From Fimbriosthenelais zetlandica (taxonomy: Eukaryota), in NCBI GenBank assembly GCA_977030845.1, contig OZ365116.1, positions 21,824,001 to 21,888,000 of the forward strand: DNA of 64,000 nucleotides, read 5' to 3'. A program made the translations under genes and the position numbers. The notes below the pieces were generated by a model. The model was not told the origin of the DNA, did no database searches, and worked only from the letters and a program-made list of their open reading frames with translations. Positions 1 to 13,920 of the stretch are shown here, in pieces (positions within the stretch are counted from its first letter, which is position 1; each line of letters opens with the position of its first letter).

Positions 1-999
1 AAAACGTGACCTGTATCATCAATTGGAAGCAAGATATTAAGATATCCTCAGATCACATATGTCCTGGAGATAACTGATACATTTCATGTCTGTCATCCTC
101 TATTATAATCATCTGATATATTATCAGATTTGAACACAATTTTTGAGATACTGTTGGAGCCTTAAACCTTTGATACTTAAATGAAATAATAATTGCAAAA
201 CTAAACTTGGCATATGGACATATATCCTTAAGGTAATAAAATGGCTGGCACCAAGCCTCCAATATATGTCCTGCGGCTCTGCATTTCTGAGCTTTCTATG
301 TGTGGCCCATCATGAACAGATATGGTTTTTTACAATCCCTCTGTAATTCATTCATTATTCTGAGGCCATATATTTCCCGAGGCGCTCACAAAAACAGATT
401 TACCGTACTCTATCAGTCAAGAAACGCCACCTGCCTGTAAGATATATACTAGTCCTTGGAAACATCAAACAATTTAATAAAGCAAAATGTCATGTTCCAG
501 ATGATCGAATGTACTTGAGTAAGAAAGTAGAGTTCTCACAATTAGAAGGTCTGGATGTTGGAGTAAATTCATAAAGAGCTAAAATTAGACATGCCGTGAT
601 CTTTCTCCTTCACACTCGGTTAGACAGTGACTCGTCTACGACAGGAACGCGTGGGTGGAGAGCCATATAGACGACATGGCAAAGGTACAAAAGGTACAAA
701 CACTCCGAGTAGGACATGGTGAAAAATGACATTTTCCCATTAGAGGATATATTGTGTATAAGAAAGGGATATAATATACCTTCTATAGAACTATTTTGCT
801 TGCCACACGCACATCCTTAAAAAGAAAGTGTATGCACTTAAGTTACAAACTCAGCAGTCTTGCTCAAGTGGAAGAAGATACAAATGTCAAGTAAGCAGGG
901 ATGTGGCTGAAGATCGTTCCGAGAAGCAAAGTACAATATTTCCTCTCCTGTGATTACAGCTTTGCCTTTGTGGGGGAAATACCAAATGTACCAGAAGAG

Positions 1000-1320
1000 A
1001 AAACGATTTAGTATTTATCTGGAATTTGGAGAGATCATTTATAGCGCATTTGATCCACATCCTTTCCAGTAATCCTTTTATCTTAATTTGGCAATGGGTG
1101 TTTCCATGGGAGTCTGCTGTTGGGCAGGGCCAGGTCAATCAGTTTTTTATAATTATTGGTGTCATCGGAGTCGGTCAGGGAATGCTTGAAATCTCTGCCT
1201 CCGGAATCTGTTGGCAGGAATGAGCCGAATATATACTGCTCTCTGTTGGCTTTTATATCAAATAAACACCCCAACTCAATGTTGTATACAGTCAACTCCA
1301 ATATCCTCATTTCAGAGTCG
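1000..1320 (-). mobile_element. Decayed non-LTR (L1/Tx1-like) AP-endonuclease remnant
   Basis: ORF 1083-1310 has, in the expected order, LTVYNI (cf. LVNIYAP), SGGRDFKHSL (cf. GGDFN) and PWKHPLPN (cf. WR..hP). By-eye match only. Confidence 0.4.
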
Positions 1321-2844
1321 AAGTATTCTAAAGCCCCAGAGGAAGAAATCCTTTCAGCAGACTTTCATTTTTCAGCCCTTATACAAATGTCCGGAATTGT
1401 TTTAGCGGTTGGAGATGAGCTACAATTTTTGATTTTATGACATTGCAATCCCCAATGGAATCTGATAAAACCACGCATCCGACGAAATTCAAATAACAGC
1501 GTTGGTGGAACTGCAAAATGTTCTTGGGGCTCTTTGAATATTAACGTTTTCCCTTTACAGCAGCTTTGAACCGAGAGAATTTTAGGAGCAGAGATTTTAT
1601 CCATTGAATTAGGATTGCCAAGAAAAAGGTGCCATTGATTCTGTCTTGAGAAACATTAGGGGCATATAAAGGGAAACATTTAACATCACTTCAATGAGAC
1701 TCGTGATATGAAAGAGGGAATACTGAATGAGTGCATACTTTGTAGTCTGATATCTAAAAGGTACTTTTCTACTGAAAGCGGCGATATATTCAGGCATCAG
1801 CATAGGATTTTATGCTTGGCATAAAGGGAAAAAGTAACATGAATCCACAAGGACAAAGATAGGTTGGATGATGGCATTGAAGCCCCCTCATAATGACCAC
1901 CACCCCCCATCACTGGGTGCTTTCTACTACACAATGTCTCTCTAACGTTCACCTCACGGCCTTGATTGCCCAAAGAGCGGAATAAGAGAAGATAATGCAG
2001 AGGTCGATTAGTCTTGGTGCTTCCATGAGCCTCCTGAAGACAAAAGATCATACACACATTGACTATACGTGAAAATGCTCTTTTTCATGTATTATGTACA
2101 AAATCATTGGGAATTCTCACTCTACCCGGCAGCAAGGCCTAATCCATCACTGCTTAATGCCGCCAAGGCCTATACACGGAAGCTGTAACAGAATTGGTTA
2201 TGCATTGCCTCATATGCCCCTGGATGTGGGGACATCAAGTGGTTTGGGGATATTGGCACCAGCAATGTGCCATGACCAACCATAGGGCTGGACATTATTG
2301 TGCCACTGGCTTCTTTGATCGTACTATAAAATGCCGTGGACGCCATGAAACATGTATGACAAAGGCCTGCATGATGGCTTACTGAGCCAGTGGACGCCAC
2401 AACCAACGACATAGACGGAATACTTAACATTCCTAACAACAATAATTGCTGACACCTTATCCTTTATACTAGGCTGCAGTATACGCCCAACTTCTCAGGA
2501 TTTTTGCTGCTTACAAAAGATGCAATGGTGGAAGATATAGGTCATTCATTTGCTGGTACTCTTTCCGCCTTGGCATACAGATCAATGCATTAATATTGAC
2601 CACCATGTTAGACTGTTGCTAGCACTTCCCTTATGGACAAGTTTGTGTCTATTATTCATTGTTTCTTTTCAATAATGGAGACTTTTCTGATGGTTAATGC
2701 TTACTTAGTGTGGAACCTCTCCAGTTCCGATCTCCATCCCTCCAACAGACTAACATATGATATAGATTGTTACCAAGGGTGTGCTTTAGATTGATGCATG
2801 GGCTCGACAAGAAGACAGGATTGTGAAAGTGTTATCTGACAAAA

Positions 2845-2920
2845 AGAGGCGTCCCTCAACAGTGGGGTGTGCCTCAGAGAGCAGCATTGTATCGATCTAT
2901 GTTATTATATGACATGGAGG
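2845..2920 (+). mobile_element. Non-LTR RT motif remnant (GVPQG region)
   Basis: Reads RGVPQQWGVPQRAALYRSMLLYDME, similar to GVPQGSVLGPLLFLIYINDL. Confidence 0.45.
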
Positions 2921-4882
2921 TTCGCCTTACATGTCTCAAGCATGTTGTGGTCTGACTTTGGTAGCTGTTCATTGACAGAGGATTACCACTGGTAGAGGTA
3001 GTACCCTGTCAAGTCACACACCGTATTGTCATGACACTCGACTCAAATGACGATCTGTAGTCATGTCACGCGTCACACACCAGTCACACCCTGGTGTTAA
3101 ATCCTCTAACTTTACCAATATCCAAAACTGCGTAGTGAACAACTCATACAGTATTTCAATGTCAGAATGTCAACCCCCAAAAGGTGAACCTTCTTAAATG
3201 ACCATAGAATCAAGACAAATCATGGCATCATATATATGAGTAAAAGCAGTATCCTGAAACTAGTCAAAATCTGGCATTAACTTTCGCACTGGAAACCAGA
3301 TCAAGCTGTAAAAAAGTAATGGCTTCGGGTCAATAAAAGACCACAAACATTCAGCATATGCTAGAACTCCCTGATAAACGCCTTTTTAAAGAGAATAAAT
3401 GCGTCCGTTTGCATGAAAGTATCCAACATCTTCATGCATGCCCATCAGTCAGGTCACCAATGCTTTTTCACATCAGGCGGAATCATGTTTTTAATTGCTC
3501 AGAGAGTAAAGGCAGTGACATTCACGACAGCGCAATAGTGATATTGATCAGAAGGTTCCGTGTTCTGCATCAGTAGTTTTTTGTAACTGAACCTGGAGCT
3601 TTGAGTGCTAGGTATCTCCTACCTTTTATAAAGCCCGCGGTATTCATGCGTTCATCAAATTTTAAGTCTTCCCTACACAGACTTGACATGTAATATTCAA
3701 TCAAGTAATCGATACAGTAAACAGGATTGGTGGTTAGAGGGATAGATTTCTTGTAGAGATCACTGTAAGTGCTGTCATGTGTGAGCATCATGTGAGCATT
3801 GAGCGTGCTAATTCCTACATGATCATTCCTCTACATGGTGGAATCTTCATCACGCCATCATTTACTTTTAGTTCACCATGACATCTTTAACAGCATCAAG
3901 GCCATATAAAGGCTGCAACAGACTGCATACGTCTCCAGTTGTTTACATTTATCTTGCCTTGCAAATTTAGCAGCAATTGGCCATGCCGATTAACAGACGA
4001 ATCACAGAGTTTACGTGTTCATTAAATTTTAGGCGCACTCTCTCGGCTAGCAGTGCACAAAGACAACCCAAAGCGGGTGTCTATAAAAAGTTGCCTGTGC
4101 AATGGGTGCCTCTGCAAAAACCCCCTGATCTGTTCATGCAATAAAAGACCAAAAACTGCCAACAACCAGCACACATTCAGTCCCAACTAACCGCTCCCCT
4201 GCTCATGCGTGCCTGGTTTTCACTTGCAATCATAATATGCACCTTTGCCATTTGAATTATTCAGGCAATTAAAGATGGTCTATGCAGAAAAAGTCATGCC
4301 ACAGGATTGCATGTGTACAGATTTGGTAGAGTACTAAATTACTGGTGGAAAGTGCATGCTGTCAGGACTGTAAATGTATGTACTGTGAATCTGTTTCAAT
4401 GGGCATAGAATTTGCTTTTTGCCATAGTGCATTTAGAGTGAATGATCTGAACATATGTGAAGTTTAATTGGACCCTTTAATTGTCAGCGATGGTCGCTTA
4501 TAGATTTATTCAAGCTCAGATATTAATTTTTCATGAGGATAAAATGACACGAAAATCAGTCCAGGTTTCCAGGTATGATCCAACACAGATCTTACCTGTG
4601 AATAAATAGCCATGGCAGTAACATTCGGATATATTCGGAAACATAAAAACGAGAATTAAGCTGCATGAATGAAAGAGATAAACATGTGTATGGATTTGTC
4701 AGATCTTCTCAACATCCACACAAATAATTTAATGAAGAGGTCGAAACCTGAAGCGATCAGGACGCATCGGCAAGGGATAACTTCATTAGTAATTTAAGAC
4801 GCTTGAAAAACGGCCATCGATGAAAGTGATTAAAAGAAATAAGATTATCCAATATGGAAATGTGAGATGAGTAACAAATGAA

Positions 4883-4994
4883 TGCAGGTGGATTCGACCT
4901 GTCCATGTCTGCAGGTGGATTCGACCTGTCCATGCCTGCAGGTGGATTCGACCTGTCCATGCCTGCAGGTAGATTCGACCTGTCCATGCCTGCA
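4883..4994. repeat. 27-bp tandem repeat, about 4.1 copies
   Basis: Unit tgcaggtggattcgacctgtccatgcc, nearly identical copies. It produces the repetitive ORFs at 4757-5087. Confidence 0.97.
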
Positions 4995-5399
4995 TACTTT
5001 CCTAAGCTTTGCATTGCTATCGAGCATCACAATACAAAGGTGGCTGATGCACATTTGATATACTTGCCATTGTCAAGGGGAGGCTAGCCCCGTCAATTGG
5101 TTTTCTCTGGACCTTCTTATGAGGTTATAAATCTTGAGATGGGAGATTGGTATGAAATATGGATGGCCTGCCAGGACTAGGAGGTGGATGCCGGCTCATG
5201 ATGATGTCGCTAAAGTGAAGATGACGTGCTTCCAACGACATGCCATCTGGGACTGACCCCACTCACAAGGTGATAAAAAGCCGAGTTAAAAAGAGAGCAT
5301 AAAACTAAGAGTAATCCTACATTGGCATTCACGGTTATGGCACATTAATGCGGGAAAGAGTACGCTGCGTTAGGGAACTGACGTGATTAAATTGGACAC

Positions 5400-5560
5400 A
5401 AATCTTTCAATCCATATAAAAGAACATAAATTGATATGAATTGGATACGGATAGGTCCATGCGAGTATTAGGGATTATACTTGATGGTTGAATCAAACCT
5501 CGACAGCTAAGATATAAAGGTATTAGAAATAAAATACCAACAGTACAAATAGGAGCAGAT
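5400..5560 (+). mobile_element. Non-LTR RT C-terminal motif remnant
   Basis: 5459-5488 reads MRVLGIILDG (cf. KYLGVILD), with stop codons nearby. Confidence 0.4.
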
Positions 5561-6759
5561 TGAAATAGGATGATTTTAAAATGTCAGAATCTAATGGACT
5601 AAAGTAATCAGGGACAAGCGCCATAATAGGAGAACTAAATGTGTGAGATAATTGTCCTCCCTGGACATGTATACCTTAGTCTGCGGCAGGAACTGTTGTA
5701 CATACATAAACTAGAGACGATATATACGTCAAAATCTGACGAGGCAAGAAGAGGGTCCCAACGGATCTAAAGCAATAAATGGACTCACTGATTGACGGGC
5801 CTCCTACGTAGGAGAAAATAACATTGTATCTCTAAGCCTTGCTGAATAAATCATTCATGACCATGTCTAGAAGCAGGTATGGCTATATGAACCTCAACCT
5901 CTCACCCTCCACCTCCTCCCTCACTGTGTCAGACCATAAAAACATAATATCATGCAGCTCATTGTCATATTGCAGAGGTGGTTTGCATAAAATATAATAC
6001 ACTATTTTCGGGACCAACATGTGGGAGATATGTAGGAGAATGGAGGGGATATGGTGGATGTGTTTTATGTATATAGAGGTTAGTTGAAGTGGCATCTATA
6101 CCAAAAGCAGTACAGACCCAATTGTTCTCCTTTATCAAGGCTTATCGCTACATATGACTCGTACCCCAAAGGAATAGAAGTCTTTCTTATTGTTTCTGGG
6201 ATGGGCTTTCTATATGAATCTATTGTTTCTGTCGTCCTTTTTGAACGATATACATACACCATACAATCTTATGATCTCCAGCACCAATATAGAGAGTGCT
6301 CTATAGCCCAGCTATATATTGCTGTGATATGACCGGGCATAATTATATGGCAGATTTCCTTTTGGTGTGATAGAAAGGAATCGATCTCCAACTTCCACCA
6401 GCTTTCATATTCAAGTTTGAAGATTTATTCTCGGTAGTGCTACTTAATTTACATAATATGGATTTGTCGCATGGGGAAATCAATAACTCACAGTTCGCCC
6501 TGAGCATATAAAATATGCCGAAAATTCTATTCTGAGGGAGTTGGTGAGCAACTTCAAAGGATAAAATCTAATCTATTTAAGTGCTGGAAGTCACCCATGG
6601 CTTAAATCAAAACCACAAATCAATGATTCACAAACCTATGAACAATTACAGTATGAAAAAGTTTTCCCTTCGTTTTGAACAATATCTCATGGGGAAAATG
6701 GTAAAAAAATTAACAGAGCTTCTCCATTTACTGTCAGCGTTCCATTATACAGGCTGTAT

Positions 6760-9000
6760 GTGTAATTTATTCTTCATATAACCTGATCCCGACTTCCATA
6801 CAATGTGGACATTTAATACAATATAGAGAGGCAAATGCATACAGGGAAGATTGATACGAGTTTTATAAGGAATGCCAGCACATAATTTTTATAAGCAATC
6901 CCAAGAGATTGAAACAATTCAGTGTAGGAGAGATGGGATAATGTCCATGTGAGAAAAGCTTCATATCTAACAACAGAAGAAAGCTCAGTCACTGTCAATG
7001 ACGCGCCGCCTGGGGCCTTGGCCCATTTTTCTACACTACTCAAAACGATTCCACTGACACTCTCACCACAGCAAATGTTAATGTGGGCAGAATGATGGAG
7101 GGTGGAGTAGTAGAGAGGGTATCTAGAGTGATATAAGGGTCTGCCGGGTATAGACCATAATGGAGGCTGGTGGAGAGATAGTGGGCGGAGGCAATTGACA
7201 CTTTGGACCAAGGCCCTGCAGGTGGGGGGCACCGGCAAAACAGATTGAGGTAAGAAGAGGGCTAGAAGGTAGTTTATCTTGGTTAGTAGCCATCTTAGAT
7301 CCCCAGAGGAGAGCTTTAAAGCGGTTCTTTTGTACACATAGGGTACAAAGGCATAATGTTGGCCCAACAAAGGCTATCATGATATTGTTATAAGCTGGGG
7401 TACCACCGTCTATTCATAAACTGTCGTAGTCATGCGCCTAGTACAGGGAAATACCGTAGACCTAACCCAGCAATCTGAATAACCAATGTAAGTAATGTAA
7501 TAAAGGCTGGTACCTAATAGGTTTAGTCAGTATCTTTTAGAGATCACTGTCTGTTTCTCCATGGATTATCAGATTTGTCAGCCATATACAGGGCCCAGCT
7601 TTGTGAAAGCATTTCGAGGAGGCGTTACTTCCGTACATGACGTTTGAGTAGGCGTTGCTTCAGCTTGGCTCAGACACAAGTATGTCCCAGTGACAAGCAC
7701 GTGGTACTTAAATAGTGCGCAGTACGGGTAAAGAAACCTCCTCCTGCGCTCTCCTACTCACATTTCACAAACTTTGAAAAGAGGAAATCTCTGAAAGCAG
7801 GATATGCATTGTTTTCAACCAAACATATGTTTCTTAGGTCCATGTAAAGCAATGCTTTAGACATGTCAGTAATAGAGATGTCTGGGAGACATTAGTTGAT
7901 ATATGAGGTGCACCTGTCTAGTTCAGAGTAGATGGTCTATGTTCGTGTGAAGCCAGGAATGGCAGATGGAAATGTGAGTAGAATAATAGAGCAATACACC
8001 TGACCAATCATGGCTATACATGTACGTCTCATGGCCTCATTTAATGACAAAGATTCACTGAAAACTCTACTTACTGTCTACTTTATGACAATATGCTCCC
8101 TAACATCAACCAACTCTCCCTCAACATATCTCAATACCAGCGAGCACTATCTACACCAGTTACACGAGCACAAACTTAGGATCACAAACTTTAAATAACA
8201 ACCCATGGCCCTCGGGGAAAAAATCTAAAATGATAACTTTCTCTGCACATAGAAATAGTGTATCCTATTACATGGACACCTTTTGCCAGGGACAATCTGG
8301 ACAAACAATATTTTAATTTGTGTAAGTGCAAGGTAGTTGTTTATATGAGAAGAACCTGAAGCGTGTCATGCAGACGGCTTTTAGGTCTGCATAATATTAT
8401 ATGCATTTAAAAATGAAATGATCAAGTTCATGTCTATATGTATGCATAGCGGTACACAGAAACAATATTACCCAGAAAAGGGAAAAAACAATTTAAGGGT
8501 CTCCTTTGCTTAAGTGGTAAAGGGGCCATTTTTATGCATACCACAATGTTCTATTGAGAACAGTTCTCCTATTAGCTGTCGCTGCCCTTAATGGAGCATA
8601 GCTTCCACTTAACAGTAAAATCTCTCAGGTTCTACATACTTATCCTCCTCCCTTTACTTGATATATTCAATGTAGATTGCTCAAATTCAGCCCACGTGGA
8701 GCCGCGGATAAGCGCTACTTTTTAATAATGTTTGGCCATTGAGAAACATTCACTTCTTCATGGCATGTATTCAGATTTTGGAAAATGTCTGGACGTGGAA
8801 TTTCTCTATCGGGATGCAGTGACATTTGGGTAGTCCTGATTTCCAGGTCCTGTTACTATCAGTTCTGGAAAGTGATTTTTTGAGCAGCTGAGAATTCCTA
8901 TACATATAGTATTGAATACAATGTCCCATGGGCAAGATTCTATAGAGAAGTCTTGTTTTCAGAGTGTCTGCTCATATGTGTTCCCAATTGAAGGAGAGCA
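6760..9000 (-). mobile_element. Heavily decayed Ty3/Gypsy pol (RT - RNase H - integrase)
   Basis: Collinear motifs on the - strand: LYRILPMG (8924-8947), IVPGK (about 8285), LGHTCV*AKLKQRLLKR (7640-7690, HHCC region), MIAFVGP (7360-7380), PHLQGLG (about 7220, cf. YHPQGNG) and frameshifted EVGDQV (6781-6797). Many stops and frameshifts; no LTRs seen. Confidence 0.55.
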
Positions 9001-12000
9001 TGACTAAGTGTCATTGAGTCTTAGGGAGGAATGCAGGTTGCATTATGACAAATTACAAAGCGAGATAATAACGATGATCCCGCCACATTGAGTTGCCTTT
9101 GTCTCCTCTTTCTATAGAACATATTAGGGACTTGCCCCATAGTGCATCCTCCATTAAAGACCTAGACATTCATATTGTGATGTCCATGTTCACACCATAT
9201 GTATGTTATACCTTTAAACTATCCATCATCCAGCTAAAAGCCTTCCTAGCTATGGTATCCAGACTGTAGTAAGACAAGGCAGCAATGAGGCAGCAGTGAT
9301 AAAGTGCTCTTGTAGAATATAAATGAATGCTTTTCATAATAGCTATTCACAGCATATTAAGCCTTTGTTCTGGCAGCAAAAGTCAGGCCTGTCCTATAGT
9401 ATTTTCATTAATCATTTCCTCCCATCAGGTGATTGTCTATACCCAGCTATTGTAAAAATGAGCATCTGAGACCTTAGACATGTAGACAATGGCCAGCCTT
9501 CCACCTACTACTCCCACCACTGTGACCTCAATCTGGGTTGTCCAATGCTTCAGAAAGTTTGAACACATTTGTTGAAATATGCTGGGGCACAACAGGCAAG
9601 TAGAGGAGGCACTACAATGGGGGAAGGTGAAGGTGAGATGGAAGGACAGTGTTTGGCATACCATTATGTGATATTGGTGAGTGGTCTTAATAGTGGGGTG
9701 CTTCGAGTGGTCCACTCCATTCCTACAGCCGGGTGGGCGATAAAAGGGTGGCTTGGCCTCACTAAATGGCCACTGGGCCCAGCTAGTGTGCTATAACGAA
9801 TACAGTTTACACTGTAACTGCTACTTACATTAGGCATAAATATAACCCATTATTTCATCTCCATGACTCTTAGGCCAGGAAATTATTGAAATATTAATCA
9901 CTATCACAATCCCATAGCTATTTTAGATTCATAAGCCAAAGTACTTTCATCCCGACCTTATTCTATAACATTAATCATTATGGGCAGAAACCAGCAAGTA
10001 CTAACGAACAAATAATTTCTAGTTACTAAGGAAGAAATAATTTCTTTATCCGAGGCAGAATGACAGATAAGGAAACAGTTGATGATGAATTGGCAAATGG
10101 TGCTTAACTCCTCTCAATGAATGAGAGAGAGAGCACTTAAAGTAGCAGCATTAGGTTTAGGACATTGACAGACACTGCTATATATGTTCACCAATTTATC
10201 AATACCAAACCCCAATAATGCAGGGTCAAATTCCTGAGATACCAGTCCTGTGCATGATATTGTTTAAGATATGCGATGTCCAGTTAGCAACCTATTACAT
10301 TATATCCATTCCAGTTAAACACGGAATTCTCTTATATTAATTAGACAATTTCTCTCATTAGTTTCTCTCTTAGTTAACAATAACGAATAACTAAGACAGA
10401 AGAGAGGGTTGTAAATGGGACGCTAAACCGGACATACATGCTTATACTATGAGCCTGCGTTGTGTGGTATACCCATATCAAAACCACAAATGAAGACTTA
10501 TGATACATTAGGCATGGCCAATGTCACGCTGAGAGGGGGTGACCCCTGCCTAATGAGACAGGGGGAGGAGGGAGGGTTCTGTCCACCTCTGACAAGGCAC
10601 AAACCATAAGGGATTAGCATCATTCCATAGGTTCACAACAGAAAGGTCAATAGTACATATGGACAATGAAACAATTTGTCCCAGCTGAAAAGTAATTTCT
10701 ACAACTGATGATTTTTTAATAACCAGAAGCAGCTATAGTCAGATGCTGTACTTGGCTGAGAACACAGCACAATGTTGTAAATCATGACTCACAAGGCCAT
10801 GATGTTTTTGAACCTACAATTCTCTGGAAAGTGTTTTGTTAGAATGTTTGGTGAATGTGATAAATGTGCCTTCCAGATTCAACTAGATTTTCACTGCTAA
10901 ATTGGGAATTATCAACCAAAATCGGAGAGTGATGAATGGCCTAAAGTATTCTCAGCTTAAACCCACCTAAAACCCTTGGATTTCATGGTGTTCCTGTACC
11001 GAAGGAACTATTTATTTCCATTTAATTGGATCAGTTAAGGTCCCATGATGGGATTATACATCAAGCCAGTCACGCTAGGGAAGTTAAAGATTTGCTAACA
11101 TGTCGAAGACGACAGATTATCAATCTCACTATAAAGTTTAATCTCACTATAAATCTCACTATTAATTTTACAATCTAAGTCCCAACATTAATCCAATACA
11201 CTACAGATTGATACCAATGAAATGCATTCGCAAACCATCTTTTGATAATCAAGTAACACTGAGAAAGTCCCTTTTCCATTTCCATATGGTTTAGCTTCAG
11301 GGAGCTTTCCAACAAGGATAATTCATTAGCTGATGGAAAAATGTCCATTTGGAAGCGTCCGGTGGCTCCGAATGACTAAATGGATGAAACGATCTCACGA
11401 ACAAATCAGAAAATAGATCAGAGACTGGATTCCCATGGTAATCTAGAAGGTCTTGCGGGATGTCCATAGTAAATAGACGGCCCTGATCAGCCTGGAGAGA
11501 CATGAACAGTTAATGGTCCACGGTCTCTATTGGTTCTTGCTGCTATTCAGATAGTAGCATACACTTGGGGTATGATGTCATCACACCATGGCTCAGACCA
11601 CTGGTTTCATGTTAACCATGGGAGACTTTGATCAAAGACTTGAGCATTAGGTGCAGGAAAAGGTGGCAGTTCCTACACAACAGCCATCCCGGTGGATAGA
11701 TTGCGTGACCTCCACTACCAACTCCTGACCTTAGTAACAAAAGGTCGGAGGTGACTAGATTGATAATAAAAGTTTGGAGACCTTAGTGATAAATCCCAGT
11801 GGGGGACGGTCTATTGCTGAGCTATATGGCAGGCGGGATTATACGAGTATCTACCACAGAATATGACCAAGTGACAAAGAAAAAAACGGCTGTTCCCCTT
11901 TTAGAGCGTTTCCTCGAGTTACTCTCAGTTTCTTTTGAAGTCTAGCTCTTTGAGTGATTCAGTGAAGGAAGCAGTGCTCTCTTGATGTTTTCTATTCGAT

Positions 12001-13449
12001 CTATATAGGAAATGCACAATAGCAATTGCATATAAGAAGGCAATTGCATTCAGAGTTCTAATGCTGGAATTAGCAATCTCTGGATGCAGGTGTCCCCATC
12101 GAATAAATTCAATGTAATCCAATTCAAGGAACTCTACCTGGATTTGACTATCTGTCACTACCAATTCCTTTAAAGATCAAACTTTAAATTCATGGGCGTT
12201 TAACTGACTCAAAAATAAGAGAAACCAGATATACCTTGAAGAACGTGTGGGTAACACAATCTGAGCAGGTTAAAATCAGTACCTTTGAAAAGTGAACCAT
12301 CCCACTTGGCACGCAAAAGGTTCATTACTAATTTAGTGTTTGATTTGCAACACTTCTTTTAGTCTTTGACTGCCAAGAGTCCATGTTGAATGGTTGTAAG
12401 ACTCAGCCGATTTCCTGTGTTTCTTTGCAAATTTCTTCCAGTGCCAATTCAAAGCAATCACTTGGGTAAACACAGTTAATAATGAACAACTGCTTTCGTG
12501 AACACCAAAATATGGAATCAAGATACACTTGATTCATATTTATTTCGTGAAAATTGTTTCTTTTTCATTTCCCTAAGCTGCTTAAGGATAATTCCATTCA
12601 AAAGCAAATGTAATATATATACATTCTTGTTAAGGTACATCAGGATTGATCATTTAAGAGTTGTATCAAATAGGTAGCAGCTGCTCATGCATGGTCATTA
12701 TAATCAGACCAGGCAGACACTTTTTATATTAAACATAAATTGTGGATTTATTGCAATTTGGAAAAGAATATTTATTTAATTACTCAGTAAGTGCAGCAGG
12801 CTTACTTATATATTTTACCAACCACTAGGCATTCGAGGCAGGCCTGCTGCAGTATACTGCTGTGTTAAATCCTCGGGGAGCCCTAGTACTTTCCACTAAT
12901 AGAAATCACTTGGTTGCGGACTGTGGCTTGCCTCCCATCATCAATACTGTAGGACTAATGTTCTACTCGCATTGAATGTGTTACCAGCCTCATGCAAATG
13001 CCCAATAATACGAGCAGTTCAATTACAAGCTCATCCCTGCAACTCCAATCCCATTTGAACACTGGTGCAGGAGCCTTGATGGGTACACGTTTTGATATAC
13101 AATTCCGCTTTATTAGTAAAGGGACATGACCTCAGAGTAATTGTTCACCAATCATGATATTGACCTTTCTAACCTCTCATTCACTGACATAGACTAGGGT
13201 GGGTATTGGTGGGAGTAGATAGTAGGAGGGAGATGTGTCTCATCCCATGTTACTGAATCTGTGGATGAGACTAAAGCAGTCTGAAATAGAGTGCCTCCCA
13301 GCCACCCAAACGCCACTTGTGGACCTGGGATGAGAGCCTCGTGTCACACTATCCCAACTTAATCCTCATTTATGAGCACCAAGCCCCCGCTGATTCCCCC
13401 ATTGCCATGTCGCCAGTCATTGACATTCTAGGCATTTGGCGCCACCGTT

Positions 13450-13920
13450 AATAAAGCGGTTAGTGAGGGGCAAGACGAGGGGAAGGACTTCGTGCTAGGA
13501 CTGTGTAAAGTGGGCGGACCTGTTGACAATGTTCCTGGCCGGCCATGGTCCAGAATGAATGGTACCGGTTGTATAATCGATGTAGAGAAAAGGTGAATGT
13601 GGAGAGATAGACAGACGGAGGACGAGGCCAAGGCTCGACAGGAGATAGGATACATTGAGGTGAAACGAAGCATCTTAGCTGAGGAGGCAGCGAGGGCAGA
13701 AGATGAGAATGATTGAATGGAATGCAGGGGGGCACTAACTTAACAACAAAGGCAGCAATGATAGAAGAGGTAAAGGGGGGCGGGGCAGAGTCGGGAACAA
13801 TTGGTGGGCAAACATTGCAGACCGTGGGCTGCACCATTCTTACCTGGCAGCATAAGGTAGCACAAGAACACGTTGGTCTGAACGCTACACTTGGCTTCTT
13901 TGAGATCATGTTTCCAGGCA
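13450..13920 (-). mobile_element. Decayed I-clade-like LINE, post-RT and RNase H junction
   Basis: ORF 13460-13921 has VAFRPT (cf. GAFRTS), AAFVVKL, SPVEPWPRPP (cf. PPW). An alternative frame gives FILDHG (cf. IYTDGS). Confidence 0.4.

Noticed and set aside
6813-7380. 185-aa ORF as a real protein-coding gene
   Set aside because: It has no coherent domain and is a frame mixture lying over the decayed Gypsy integrase remnant.
11121-11163. aatctcactat repeated three times, resembling part of a T7 promoter
   Set aside because: It lacks TAATACGA and is simply a short local duplication.
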